Shown here one piece after another: positions 24,161-37,379 of a stretch of 64,000 nucleotides of DNA (its first letter is position 1; the number at the start of each line of letters is the position of its first letter). Both the position numbers and the translations under genes were made by a program. Origin of the DNA: Chiloscyllium plagiosum (lineage: Eukaryota); the NCBI RefSeq assembly GCF_004010195.1, contig NC_057711.1, positions 71,088,797 to 71,152,796 on the forward strand, given 5' to 3'. The notes beneath the pieces were generated by a model that was not told where the DNA came from, did no database searches, and saw nothing but the letters and a program-made list of their open reading frames with translations.

Positions 24161-26410
24161 AGGGGTGGATCAGCACATTGTCTGCAGTTAGGGAGGGATC
24201 AGGACTCCATCTGGAGTTGGGGGCTGCTGTCTCCTGCAATTGGCAACAGTTGCAAGATTTCATAGCTTGGTGATGGCAGACACCTCTAATGTGTCTGCAA
24301 TGCTAATGAGGTAACCTTCCCCTGACCCCACAACATCCAACAGGGTCAGTGGCAGGGATCAATAGTGGACGGATTACTGTCATACTGCTAGGAGTTCATG
24401 GATTTTCTAGACCGTTACAGGTCCAAAATTAATGAGGATGGAGCCTTGAATTATTTCTTTTCAGCGGATGAAGTTTTTTTCTTAAACACAGCCAAAGCTT
24501 TCCAAACTTAGCAAGAATGTGCTTAACCCGAGATACAGAACCAAGAATAAATTAAAATGCTCAGATTTAAAACAGATTTCAGATATATCTGTTAACCATG
24601 GAGCTATTAAGATTGTAACTTAATTTCTACATTTCATGTGCATACGACCAAGAATTACCAAAAATAGGGTAAACAACTTCATAAATATCATCATTTTCCA
24701 AATGAAGTCTTCCAAATAGTCCCCCCCCCCCCCACTTGTTAGGACTAATAGGAATGCAGTTTTAGCAAGGCACCTCGTGTTACAATTTCTTAAATATTCG
24801 CTGCTTCTTTCATTCTTCTTTGCATTTATCCATTCTAGCTTGACAATGAGCATTTAAAATCAAGCAAACGCTTCCTCAGTTACAAATGGAAAGAAAAGTC
24901 ACACCATTAGACAAATACGCTTGTTGTGCTGACAAGTCCAGATTACACCGAGTATGGTATCACAAACTGCATTTGATTATCGGGGACTTTGGCACAGCAA
25001 GTCATAAGTCTGTCACTGTTGCAGCCAAAAAAAAATGTTCTTGACAAATTGCCGCTTTGTTTCATCTCTGCAGTGAGGGGAAAATATGTGAATTTTTCTC
25101 TATAATAAAAGGAAGGCAGACGGTTTGGTGATTTTTAGATACCAAGTAATATATGGAATCTGGATTTATTTGTTATATTTCAACTTAAATCTTCTCACAG
25201 TTTTCAAAGTAGAAAATAATTTGAACATCCAACACCACAATTTCTGCATCTGTTAAATGATGAAGCTTGCTAAATGTGAATATGACAATTCATCTGAAAA
25301 ATTCCTGGCAGCAGCAGAAATGCCATTTTACCCTTTATAGAGGGACTGGCGCATTTTTCATGGGTTTCATCTTAACTTTTGGAGCAATGTTGAGGGAGAA
25401 CAGAATAAAGATCTAATTATGTATTACTGCTTTCACTATAAGTACCTTTATTTTTTTGGACTCACCTTTTATTTCTACTCAGTTCTGCATTCCGCGTTGC
25501 TATTTTTCTAATTTTTAGCAATTAAAAAGTTTGTTCTTTTTGTTCATTCAAGTAAGCCCTGTTTAAACGGACTCCTTTTAGAACATAAGTGTATTTGGTC
25601 TGAGAGAAAAGTAGCTAGAATGGAAGGGATCCTTTTAAAACTAATCTTGTAAGCAATTGAAGGGACAGGTGAATAACATGCAGTTCACCCTTTTAACCTT
25701 AAGGTTTAATGGCTTGAGGTATTACATCTAAAACTGTATCAAATTGGGGAATCTCACCTATGTTCAAATTGCAACAGATTGGTGCTCCTGACTATGACAG
25801 ATGAAATAAAAGAATCAGAATGAGTAAATTGTCAATTTGGAACCAATTTTTAATAGGAAAAACTGCAAAAAGCTTTCTTGACTTTCTATTGTTACAGTAC
25901 ACAGATGTCTACATTTGATGCCCCAACCCCAGCATATTCTGAGCAGAATTAGGGAAAGTTAGTTTTGAGGATTTAGAAATTCTATTCCTCATGCAGTTAA
26001 AATATTTGTCTGGGTGATTCACCCAAAAGCCATGGAACCCAATATTTTGATAAAGTTGGTCAATGGTTTACAGGTAGAACTGACAAATGGTGAAACAGAT
26101 GGACTGGTGGTAAAGAGGTTAAAATTCAAGCAGTAGAATTTAGACTTTCAAGAAAAAGTGAAGGAACAGGACAAAGAGAGCAAAAGAAGAAAGAAAGAGA
26201 GAGGGAGAAAGTGAGCAAAGTGAAAGATGAAAAACAAGAAGGGAAGAGACAGAATTTCAGTAAAAATAGCTGAAGAGTGAGTTTGAATTAAAATAGATTG
26301 AGCTGAGGGGCAGGAATTCTTCTGTGACCACTCTGCATGATGGGGGGAGTGACCTCAGTTTGCTCATTTAATTTCTAAGTTTAACCCTGAGGTAGAAGCT
26401 TGCATTTGGT

Positions 26411-27706
26411 GGGGATGGCATGGTGGCTCAGTGGTTAGTACTGCTGCCTCACAGCACCAGGATTCAATTCCAGCCTTAGGCGACTGTCTGTGTGGAGTTT
26501 GCACATTCTTCCTATGTCTGTGTAGGTGTGCTCCGGTTTCCTCTCACAGTCCAAAGATACTTTTCGTCATTTATATAAATGATTTCGATGCGAGCATAAG
26601 AGGTACAGTTAGTAAGTTTGCAGTTGACACCAAAATTGGAGGTGTAGTGGACAGTGAGGAGGGTTATCACAGATTACAATGGGATCTTGATCAGATGAGC
26701 CAATCGGCTGAGGAGTGGCAGATAGAGTTTAATTTAGCGAGGTGCTGCATTTTGGGAAAGCAAATCTTAACAGAACTTATACACTTAATGGTAAGGTCCT
26801 AGGGAGTGTTGCTGAACAAAGAGACCTTGGAGTGCAGGTTCATAGCTCCTTAAAGTGGAGTCGCAGATAGATAGGATAGTAAAGAAGACATTTGGTATGT
26901 TTTCCTTTATTGGTCAGAGTATTAAGTACAGGTGTTGGGAGGTCATGTTGCAGCTGTACAGGACATTGGTTAGGCCACTGTTGGAATATTGCGTGTAATT
27001 CTGGTCTCCTTCCTATCGGAAGGATGTTGGCAAACCTGAAAGAGTTCACAAAAGATTTACAAGGATGTTGCCAGGGTTGGAGGATTTGAGTGATAGGGAG
27101 AGGTTGAATAGGCTGGGACTGTTTTCCTTGGAGCGTCGGAGGCTGCGGGGTGACCTTATAGTGGTTTATAAAGTCATGAGGGGCATGAATAGGATAAATA
27201 AACACTGGGGTTGGGGAGTCCAGAACTAGAGGGCATAGGTTTAGGGTGAGAGGGGAAAGATATAAAAGAGACAACTTTTTTATGCAGAGGGTAGTACGTG
27301 TGTGGAATGAGCTGCCAGAGGAAGTGGTGGAGGCTGGTACAATTGCAACATTTAAAAAACTTCTGGATGGGTATACGAACAGGAAGGGTTTGGATGCATA
27401 TGGGCCAAATCCTGGCAGGAGGTACTCGATTGGATTGGGATATCTGGTCGGCATTGATTAGTTGGACTGAAGAGGTCTGTTTCCGTGCTGTACATCTCTA
27501 TGACTCTATGACTTTGTATGCAGGTTAAGTGAATTGGCCATGTTAAATTGCCCATAGTGTTCAGAGATGTGTGGATTAGGTGCATTAGTCAGGGAAAATG
27601 TAGAGTAATAGGGTAGGGGACTGATTCTGGGGGGGGATACTCTTTGGAAGGTTGGTGTGGACTTGTTTGGCGAATGGCCTGTTTCCACAATGTAGGTGTT
27701 CTATAA
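26411..27706 (+). mobile_element. HE1-like V-SINE split by a CR1 insertion
   Basis: SINE 5' half at 26411-26558 (..agtccaaagat); 3' half resumes at 27516 (gtatgcaggttaagtgaattggcc). Confidence 0.85.
26559..27513 (+). mobile_element. CR1 LINE 3' fragment
   Basis: LFVIYIND, SKFAVDTKIGG, VWNELPEEVV; tail ctctatgactctatgact. Confidence 0.92.
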
Positions 27707-27940
27707 CTTATATCGCTTTCAAGCAGATGGAGCATCAGTTAGAGTGGTCAGTCTAACATTGATCTTTATTATTGTAGAGGTAGCTTTCAAGGCAAGAGTA
27801 CAAGATTTACTGTCTCTTGTCTGAGATAGTGCCACTGATTATGAGGCAGGAAAAATAGTAATCTTCAGTTTGCACCACTTAGTGGTCTCACAGAAAAGCT
27901 GTACCCTCAGGGAAAGGTTTGACGAGATGTACCTGAAATA

Positions 27941-28282
27941 TTTTTTATTCGTTCAGAAGCTGCGGGCTTCACTGGCTAGGCCAGTATTTATTGCCTCTCC
28001 CTAAGTGTCCAGAGGGCAGTTAAATATCAATGACATTGCTGTGGGTCTGGATTCATATGGAGGTCGCATCAGGAAAGGATAGCAACTTCAAGTCTCTTAA
28101 GGACACGAGTGAACCAGATGTTGTTTTTTCTGACAATTGACAATGGATTCATGGTCAACACCAGACTCTTACAATCCAGATTCCACCATCCGCTGTGGCA
28201 GGATAAGAACCTAAGCTCCCAGAACAATACCTAGATTGCTGAATTAACAGTCCAGTGATAAGATCACTCGGCCATCACCTTT
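27941..28282 (-). mobile_element. Deu-domain SINE (SacSINE1-like)
   Basis: tRNA-like head on the minus strand (ggtgatggccgagtg..ggactgttaat..), central aaggaca.gagtgaaccagatg, tail aataaatactggcctagccag. Confidence 0.6.
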
Positions 28283-28649
28283 GAAAGGCTGAAGCAGCTT
28301 GCTTTTGACCTGTGGGCGCAAACACTTAAAATAGAAGCTGCTTATGAAAACCTGCGTCAAATAATTCTTCCCCCCCCCATAAGAATACACCTCGAGGGAC
28401 ACAGATTGGCTGGCTACATGCACCCAGCTACATTTAGTATTGATTGTGAGCAGACACAAACCACTGTTCCAGAGTGAACCCTCCCCTTGTCATCCCCAGC
28501 CAACTGGAAAAGACAGCCTGAGAGTGATATGAACATGAGCAATCATGAGAAAATCTCCTCAAGACAGAAAGGGTGTCATTAAGAATAAGGTCCAAACGCC
28601 TCTCTGTTTTAAATGCCAGAAGTTAGGGCACATCCAGGCCACTGCTGGA

Positions 28650-28712
28650 GCCTCCTCCAGTGCTGCAGTGAATCAGACCGCATATTGGAGGAACAAAACC
28701 TCATCTTCCACC
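28650..28712 (+). mobile_element. Penelope endonuclease C-terminal fragment (5' piece of a split element)
   Basis: Encodes LLQCCSESDRILEEQNLIFH, matching GLLQCSNETQCKLEEQHLI at 51443-51500. Confidence 0.75.
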
Positions 28713-29744
28713 ATGGAGAGGCCAGACAGTCAGCCCCATTATTACTTCATCCTGTTACATTTCTTTCTCTGTTGGAAGTTTCCTTGCTACTTTACAGGTG
28801 CAACATTTCATAGGTTACATACAGTCAGACAGTGACTGAATGTACATTTGGAGCCACCTTTTGGCTGTGGCAGACTTATCTAATAAAAAGCGCATTTTGG
28901 AGTTGAAAGTTAACAATATCCATGGTACTTTGGAGTTCTGATCCATCATCATGACAATTTCCAATAGAACAAATAAAATGAAACCCATTTCATTTTATTA
29001 CAAAGGAAAAAGATGAAAAAATGAACATAAAATAACATACATTCATTTTCCTAGATGAGGTAAGTATTATCTTTTCAGATCTAGCCATATCTCTAAGTTC
29101 TGAACAAAGGTTTTGAAATCACATTTGATTTACTGGCAAGGTGGGATATTTTTAACAGCTGGAGAAATGAGCTACTACAGCATAACTTGGCATTCTGGGT
29201 CTTAAATGCTTCCACAAAAATTAATGGGTGGTGTTTAATGTAGATTTTGCTCTCTTGGTGCCCATTTTGAAAATATACCTCAGAATAATTGAGAGTCAGC
29301 AGTAACTCGAGGGATTGCCTCTCTCCTGTGGTCTAGTACTTCAGATGTTTGTTTAGTTTTTTGGATAAGAATATAGTTCTGCCAATAATGTAGCTATTGC
29401 TGAAGTTTGGGAAAAACCTTTGGCAAAAGCCACACATTCCTAAGAACCTCATGATTTCCCATCTTGTTATGGCAATGAGGACCTATGCTTCTGCTTCTAT
29501 CTTTGCAGCCGCTGGTAGTACTTGCTCTTGACCCACTATGTGTCCCAGATAAGTCACTTGGGCCTTAGCTAACTTGCTACTTGTGGATTTGACCACAAGA
29601 TCAGCTGGCTGTACTTTCTGAATGAAAGCATCCAGTTGCTACAAGCGCATTTGCCAAGTCTTGCAAAGGAGGTCGTATAGGTACACTACTTAATTAAATA
29701 AACTTCACACCATTTGGTTCATCAACCTTTAAAAGTTGTCATAG

Positions 29745-30770
29745 TCAGAGATTGATAGAGTAATAGAGTTTATCAGTGCAGAAAGAGGCTCTTCAGCCCG
29801 TCATATCTGCATTGGCCACCTGACATCCATCTATGGTATTTCATCTAAATCATTTTTAAATGCCCCGAGGGTTCTCATCTCTACCACTCTTTTAGCCAGT
29901 CAGTTTCAGATAACAATAACCCTCTGAGTGAAAACATTTTTCTTCAAGTCCCTTCACAGCCTCCTGCTCCTTACCTTAAAAAAGCTCCTTGTTATTGATC
30001 CTTCTAATAAGAGGATAAGCTTTTCATGCTCGATCTTGTTTCTGCCCCTCAGAACATTGCATACCTCTTTCAGATTCCCACCTCAGCCTCATCTGCTCTA
30101 AGGAAAACAACTCCAAAGGTATCTTATATCTTTTCATAGCTGAAACATTCCCGACAAGGCAACACTCTGATCGTTTTTCTCTGCACCTGCTCAAGTGCAA
30201 TCATATCCTTCCTACAGTGTGGTGATCCCAGAATTGCACACAGTACTCCAGTTGTGATCCAACTAACCTTATATGCAGTTCCATTATAACCTTCATGTTC
30301 TTATTCAATGCTTGAGTGATAAAGGCAAGTATTCCATTTGCCTTCCTGTGATTCTTTGTACTTCCAAGAGTCCTACCATTTAACATGTATTTCCCTTGCT
30401 TTGTTAGGCTTCCCAAAATGCATCTCCTCACAATTTTCATGATTAAATTCCATTTGACACTGTATAGCCCATCTGACCAGCCCATCTATATCACCCCATT
30501 ATCTAAGGTTTTCTTCTCAGTATTTATAACACCACCAATTTTCATGTTATCTGCAAACTTACTGATCATACTTTCACCATTTATGTTGACACCATTAATG
30601 TACACAACAAACAGCAAGTGACCTAGCACTAATCCCTGTGGTTTACCATTGGACACAGGGTTCTTGTCTCAAAAACTCCCTTCAACCATTACTCTCTGTT
30701 TCTTGACACTAAGCCAATTTTGACTTGAATTTGCTAAAGTGCCTTGGATTCTTAGTCTCTTAACCAAAGG
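29745..30770 (-). mobile_element. Old CR1 fragment inserted in RT
   Basis: [28 protein letters not shown] on the minus strand. Confidence 0.8.
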
Positions 30771-31579
30771 CTGGAACATTTTTGAGTCTAAATGACATGA
30801 CAAGACACTGTCAGACCCAATCCAGAATTGCAAAGATGGAGATTTCCCATACATGGGCAGTCAAGGCAATCAACCGATATCCTTGAATAGTCTATCTTGA
30901 CCAAATAATTTTCTTTGTCTAGCCTGCCTGCATAATATTCAGATTAAAGAGAACTCTACTCGCTACATTAACTTTTCAAAGATCAATGCAGAACCTTGTG
31001 GAGCCACCCAGTTTGGGTACAAGCACAATGAGGGACCTCCAGCTACTGTTGCTAGGCTCTATCAGTTGATACTCCATCATAACGTTAAGCTCCTCCTGGA
31101 CCTGGGCCATCTTGTCTGAGAATAGCCAGTAGGGATGTTACCTTATGCAAGATTACACAACCACATTATGTAGAGCGAAGGTGTGCACCCTGACTTGTCT
31201 CTGCATAAACCCTTACAGTCTGCTCACTGTTCTTCACTTCAGTGCATTAATAAGGACTATAAGTTTGCTATATTAGTTGACAAGGTAGTCAGCATTTCAA
31301 TGTGGGCCTCACCCATATCCCCCTCAAATTCATCCCTTCTGCTGCCCTTGTCTATAAGGTTGGTGATAAAGGGACAAACCATTACCAGCTTGTCCCTTTC
31401 TCAAAAATTATATTGCTTTATTGCGTTGACATGACATAACTGTTGTATTTCTTGTACGTGTGGGCTCTTAATCAGATAATTCACTCCCCTGAGCTTCCTT
31501 CTTACTCTAGATGAGCCCCTGAACTGGGCTTTTAAATTTTCACCAAATGTTGGTTCCAGCACTAAACTTACTCAGACAG

Positions 31580-32056
31580 AATTGATTGGGAATGGAGGTG
31601 AGGTCGGTGCCGAGGCTGGAGGCTGTCGCTGGGAGGCGAGTCCCTACTATGGGTTGGTGAGGCCTTTTGTTGACTAGAGGCAAGGGACAGTAGGCTGTTG
31701 CGAGGAAGCGAGGGCCATTGCAGACTGGAGGTAAGGCACTGGAGGCTGTCATGAGGAGGAAAGACCTCAACTTTCGAAGCCTGGTGTAGTCTAGAGACTT
31801 GGCCCAGTGTGGTCTGGAGGCTAGGTATTGGCACGGACTGGGGTGGGAGGACTGTAAATTGTGTACTGTTAATTTTTTATTTTTCCTTTTTATTCTTGTG
31901 CTAGAATTTTTATTATTTTTCAATTTTTCACCAAATACTTAAGTATCTGTACCTAGGTATCTTGTACCTGAGTTGGCGCTGTAAGTCGTGACTTGTAAAC
32001 ATTTCACCGTACTCATTCGAGTACAGTGACAATAAAACTAATTCAATTCAATTCAA
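31580..32056 (+). mobile_element. Non-autonomous retroposon with (ATTCA)n tail
   Basis: GC-rich body, hairpin gtactc-attc-gagtac, gtgacaataaa, attcaattcaattcaa; related inverted copy at 56435-56850. Confidence 0.6.
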
Positions 32057-33554
32057 TAAGACGTTGTCCCTTAGCTAAAAAACTCAGGCCTTGGTATGTT
32101 TTTCTTTTGCTTCATGACTGTTTGGGAGATTTTCAAGTGTACTAGAGCCACTACACAGCCTCATGAATTCTGCTGTGTAGTCTGACGTGGGCATTTCTTC
32201 CTTCAGTTCGAAAAAACCTTTCCTTGAATCATTCCAGAGGCTCTCACAATCGGTGCCTGTAAACTAATTCAAATGGAGTAAGTTTGGTGAACTTACTCCA
32301 TTTGAGTGATGTCTTGGTAGTGAACAGAAAATCTACTCCTGTATCCCACTCATGGAGGTACTCACAGCAATATACCCTGACCATTACTTTTAGGGCCTGG
32401 TTGTACCATTCTAACTCCCCCTGTGACTGCAGATGTTATACTAAAGACATCCATTGGGTTACACATAGGTTACCAATGAATGTTTAGAATTGTTTGGATA
32501 TGAAGTATGTGCTCTGATCAGACTGAATCTTGAAAGTAGACCTTACTGGATGAAGGATTAGGTCATTCCGTCACCATTTGTTGGCAGATATGGTTCTCAG
32601 GGGAACCACTGTGGGAAATGGGTAGCCACATCGATGAAGGTAAGGAGAAACTGGTTGCTCCCTTTTTGTTTTGAACTGAGGTCCCACACAGTTCACTGAC
32701 GCTTTACAGAATTCTTCCCCAGAAGCTGATTAAGAAATGTAGCAGCCGGTCTTCCTGCGGGTTGGAATGTTCCTATGTCATGGCAGGTACTGCCTCCTTG
32801 TGGGCTGTGCTAGTAAAACTGCTGCCTGTTGTGGGCTTTTGTGTATAGTGATGTTCCAATCATTGGCAGTTCATGAGCTAGCAATGATATTTCCATACGA
32901 TATCACAATAGCCACTGCCTTGTGGTTCAATGCCTACTTGGCACCAGTGAAAGGGTCTCCATTATTCCACCAGCACCTCACCTTTTTCATATAAAAGCAC
33001 TTAGGCATTTCTTCTGTCACAGCTTCAGTGTTATCAGTCTGAACTAGTGTTTTTAACATTGGGCCAGCTTGCATAGGTTACTACCCAGGACATTTTACTT
33101 ATTATCTCCATAGGCCCACGTGGACTCCCAAAAAAGAGAGAGCACACAGGAGGGGTCCTCTGCAGTGCCTCCACTAACTGAGTTTACCTGTGTGGAAAAT
33201 GCCAGGCATTTTCTCCTGCAGCTGTTTGGTCTCCACAACCTCAATGGGCCTTTCAGAGTCATTGGGATGCTATTACCTTTGATCCACCTGTGAACAGACA
33301 AGTTTATCCTACCCACAGGTGAACTGATGGTGTCTCCCATGGTCGTTGTTGTGACACAGCCGACGCTGCAGATGCACCCGATAACTCTCAGGGATTGAAT
33401 TAACCTCATCCGTACTCTGCAGGGTGCCTTTACAGGGATTCACAGCCGCAGAGCCAATCGAATCTGGTCTGAAATGTTCTACGACCAATTCCCATTTTCT
33501 GGATTGGTGGAGCAGAAACAGAAAAATCTCAGTGACCCTCCCTTATCCTCAGTT

Positions 33555-33945
33555 AGAGTCAAAAAAATTGCAGATGCTGGAATCCAAAATAGATAGGAGG
33601 CTGGAAGAACACAGTGAGCCAGGCAGCATCAGGAGGTGGAGAAGTCAACATTTCAGGTATAACCCTTTTTCAGGACTGGATGTGGCATTAGGGGGAGCTG
33701 CAGATAAAGAGAGAAGTGGGATGCTGGTTTTGATTAGGGAGAGTAGCAGAATGGTGAGGTGATGATTGGTGAGCACAGGTAGTGGGTACAAGCTGGTTGG
33801 TTGATGGAGGGATGAATTGGTTGGTAGCTGGAAGGAAGGGTTGGCAGGTGAAATGGAGGGGGAGGCAGGGCTGGAAAGGAGGTTGGGGGAATGGATGGGA
33901 TGGTTATTTGAAATTTGAGAACTCAATGTTAGATCCTCTGGGCTG
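33555..33945 (-). mobile_element. Penelope-like 3' piece (ORF end, 3' UTR, hammerhead-like motif)
   Basis: Minus strand QPRGSNIEFSNFK* (33945-33904); AGTC-CTGAAAA-AGGGT-TAT-ACCT-GAAATGTT-GACT at 33676-33643. Confidence 0.8.
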
Positions 33946-34451
33946 GGCATCACAGCTTTGAGAGCAGCCATTTAAACTCCCCTTCATCATGAAGTAAAAA
34001 CAATGTGAAAAACCAACGAGGAATGAATGGAAATAGTTGTGTCTTAATCCACTCTGTATTTTCCTCATGATTTTATTAATCTTCCAAGCTCCAAATTTTG
34101 TTCCTCTCTAATTCAGTCCACTTCCTTCTCAGACTTCCACTTTTTCTCTATTCTATCCTTTCATTGGTCAGGGAAATAAAATCTTGGACCTGACGTTCAG
34201 ATGTGGCACTGCTAATGCTGCTTGTATGTTGCACTAACATCCCAGCAATTTGCTGTGTAATTACTGTGCAATGTCAATGGTGTGTGTATAAAGTCCAGCT
34301 GGTTTTATTCACTGCCAAATCTACCAGTGCAGCAATTTCTGGCCCATTTGCTCATCATATCCTTGGCAATAATGCATTGTGGATGACTCTGAACATTTAT
34401 AACAAAAAATCATGCAATTAAATGTTATTCTTTAAAAGTACTTAATCTTAA

Positions 34452-34646
34452 ATGAAAACCAAAAAGAAATGCAGATGCTGAAAATCAGAAACAAAGCAGA
34501 AATTGCTGGAAAATCTCAGCAGGTCTGGCAGTATTCTTTATCAGAACTGAAGAAATGTCACTGGATCCGAAACATTAATTCTAATTCTTCTCCACAGATG
34601 CTGCCAGACGTCTGAGATTTTCCAGCAATCTCTGTTTTTGTTTCAG
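34452..34646. mobile_element. Penelope-derived inverted-repeat remnant
   Basis: aattgctggaaaatctcagcaggtctggcag..ctgccagacgtctgagattttccagcaat arms flank ctgaagaaatgtcactggatccgaaacatt. Confidence 0.75.
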
Positions 34647-37379
34647 TATTTAATCTTCCTTAGTTATTGTGCAGTGTGGGAAAAAATGTGGAAAAAGAGA
34701 GTGGAGAAGTATTCTTTTTGCAGTTGTTGGTGTTGGCTGACCCAGAAAGCAATTTAAAATGCTAGATAAGTAGAATAGCATCAGCTTTCCTTTGGAAAAT
34801 TATTATCAAGATGGCTGTAATTATAGACTCTATGTTCAAAATTGCCAAGGATGCTATTTTTGCAGCACTACTACCATTAGTGCTGCACTGTTTCTGCATC
34901 AAAAAGTGAATGTGAAACTTTAAAACAATTTACGCAACCACATCAATCGGTTGTGACATTTATATCCATTTAAATGATCCCATTAGTACAGTACAGTATA
35001 GCATTTCCTGTCTGAAATTACTATACTTATTCAGTATCATATGCTTGCATATACTGATGAAATGTTGACTTAGCTCACTGCAAAAGATTCAAGCTCAAAA
35101 AGTTGAAGGAAATGGGACTGCAAGGTTAAAAGTGCAATATTTCTTAGAAAACAGTCTATTTCTAAACAATGCATCTATTTTTCATAAAGGTAATAATTCA
35201 TCTTATCCTCGTGTAGCGTAACTCTAATAGATGATAATTATTTAAAATGAATTAAAACAATGAAATCGACCAGAGCTTGCTGTCAAATAAACTGTTGAGC
35301 CTGGTGCCATTTGGTGTCATTCTGTGCAGATGGCTCACCAATTTCAGATGAGGGACAGATGTGTGGTAAAACTTTAAACTCTATAAGTTGCTATTCGAGT
35401 TTTCCACAACATCAGCAGCTGCACAAAATGGCAGCTTATTGTCAATTCACTATTGAATTGACTGGCATTTTATTTACTGTACCCGAGTCACAAATCTTAA
35501 ATGATTTGAAGCTGTATTTGCATGAAAGATGTAGATAGGCCTCACCACAGATAGTTCTTGTTCATTTCAGTAATATTGGAAGCATTAGTTACTGCCAATA
35601 AACCTCCCTAGCACTGATAACTAACCATTACAAATGTCAGCGCTCACTGCTTCGGGTTTTAATTACTGATAGAGATATCAAAAATGTTACATTTTGCAAA
35701 ATGATATATCTTTCCTTCCTATCTCTTTTCTCCCTCCAAATCCAATCTTTTTTTCCTTCTATTTACTTCCCTCAGTTTTTTGATCTAACATTGAATACAC
35801 TCGACGTTGGCCTACCTGTTCACTGCTTGCGCTACTAACTTCACAATCCTGGAATTGAACTGTTGCTTGCCTTGATCATTGAGTTCCTACTTTCTGCAAC
35901 TCGCCACACCAGAAATTTAATAACATATTCATGAATGGACAACTCTGACTGACCACTGCTGCTTTTAGCTCTCCTCCCAGGAGATCTGCTTTCATTGCAT
36001 ATCACACTTGCCTGTTTTGCGTCATCCATGTACATCCACTGTAGCTTATTTCCAATATCTCTGTGATTCGACATCCAATTACACCAAGGCCAGCCTTCAT
36101 TGTTTTGCTACCCTTCACTTTGCCCTCTAAAAGCAGCATCTGCTGCTTTTCAGCTCACTTTTAAGATTCTGCTCTTGCAATTTTAAACAATTCTTCACTT
36201 GTATTATGGTCTGAATACAGAACTTTAAGCTTATGTTTAAGTAACTGTATTTCAAACATTTCTACATTCTTCCACTGATCTTTACTTATTTTCCAGGTTT
36301 TTGAAACAGATAGGAACATGGATTTAATTTAGTATCTTATAAATTTTCTATTGTTCCAACTTTCATTTTCTTGTTATTAACCCATATTTCATCTTCTCAA
36401 AATTACTTCTGGCTCTCTTTATCCTTCTTCTGATGTGAGAATCACATCTCACGTCTTTAGTTATTATTTGACAGCAGATAGTGTTAGATGTCATCTGAAA
36501 GAAAATTCTGACTGCTTATCTTACAAGAAAATGCTCAGTTAATCATTTAGTTTTGTGCTGTACCATATTGACAGGATCTCTTGTGTGGACAGAATCTTGG
36601 AAATAAGTCATAGATAAAAAAGATCAAAAGGTATTTTCATTAAAACAACACAATATATAACTCACATCACTTATATGCTGGTTTGTGCAGGAATTGATTG
36701 CAAGCAATCATTTTCATCCAAAAGACTTCTGTACAATCTCTGGACATATGTGATGCTATTTAACAACAATTACAAATGAGAATGTGCTTTCGAGCATTGC
36801 ACAGATGTAGAATGTGAAGCTAGTACTTAGACTGAATTTGCTGAAAGGTAAATCATTTAGGAGACTAAAGAATAGTAGAGTCCTTACTCTTTTAGCTTTG
36901 GATGTTATGATGGTCCAGTGTTATCATTGTTTATTCTCCACATGTTGACATTGTCTTCAGGGGGAAATTTGGAACTTGTGGTTTTAAGGTCCACTGATCC
37001 CTATATAGTTGAGTAATCTGACTTCAAAATTTTAGTGATCATTTTAAAATCGCTCCAGTGACTTGCTTCACTATACCTTATTGGCCTTTTTATATTTTAT
37101 GGCCTGGTTATTTGTGGAGTCATGGAAAAATCTATGTTACTTCCAATATAGCAGAGAGGGCATGGTTCTTCATGCCCAGCTTTAGGCTCCAACAAATCAT
37201 ATTTACATGTAAGGGGAAGGAGCAGGGCATGACTCACATGTGAGGGACACACAGACAAGGCTGGGCCATTTGAACTCAGTGCTGAGTTCAGACAGACTGC
37301 ATTTTATAGTTGCTAGAACATTAAGCAGTAGTATAGAAGTTAAACTGTTTAGAGTAGTCGAAACATAGCACAGCAACAT

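Larger units (their letters stand above)
25950..28649 (+). pseudogene. gag of a second, older Gmr1-type element (with nested insertions)
   Basis: Charged coiled coil 26110-26300; KFNPEVEA at ~26377; LEW..LLL..ATDYE at 27740-27850; CCHC CFKCQKLGHIQA.CW at 28606-28648. A possible LTR remnant and aattgggg PBS lie at ~25440-25755. Confidence 0.7.
28713..33554 (-). pseudogene. Inverted pol (IN-RT-RH) and 3'-LTR start of the second Gmr1-type element
   Basis: Minus strand, high to low: LAHELP, NCVGP, TFIDVATHFP, IQSDQ, LEWYNQALKVM (IN); IVLVPKLGGSTRFCID, VVYLYDL, AQVTYLGH (RT); SKKLN..HHPLIFV (RH); TGTCATGA at 28956. Confidence 0.8.

Noticed and set aside
26411..26480. tRNA-like sequence (A and B boxes)
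   Set aside because: It is the head of an HE1 SINE and continues into SINE body; not a tRNA gene.
26840..27454. 204-aa minus-strand ORF and similar antisense ORFs (4520..4852, 14329..14634, 44005..44304)
   Set aside because: These are antisense shadows of CR1 ORF2, not independent genes.
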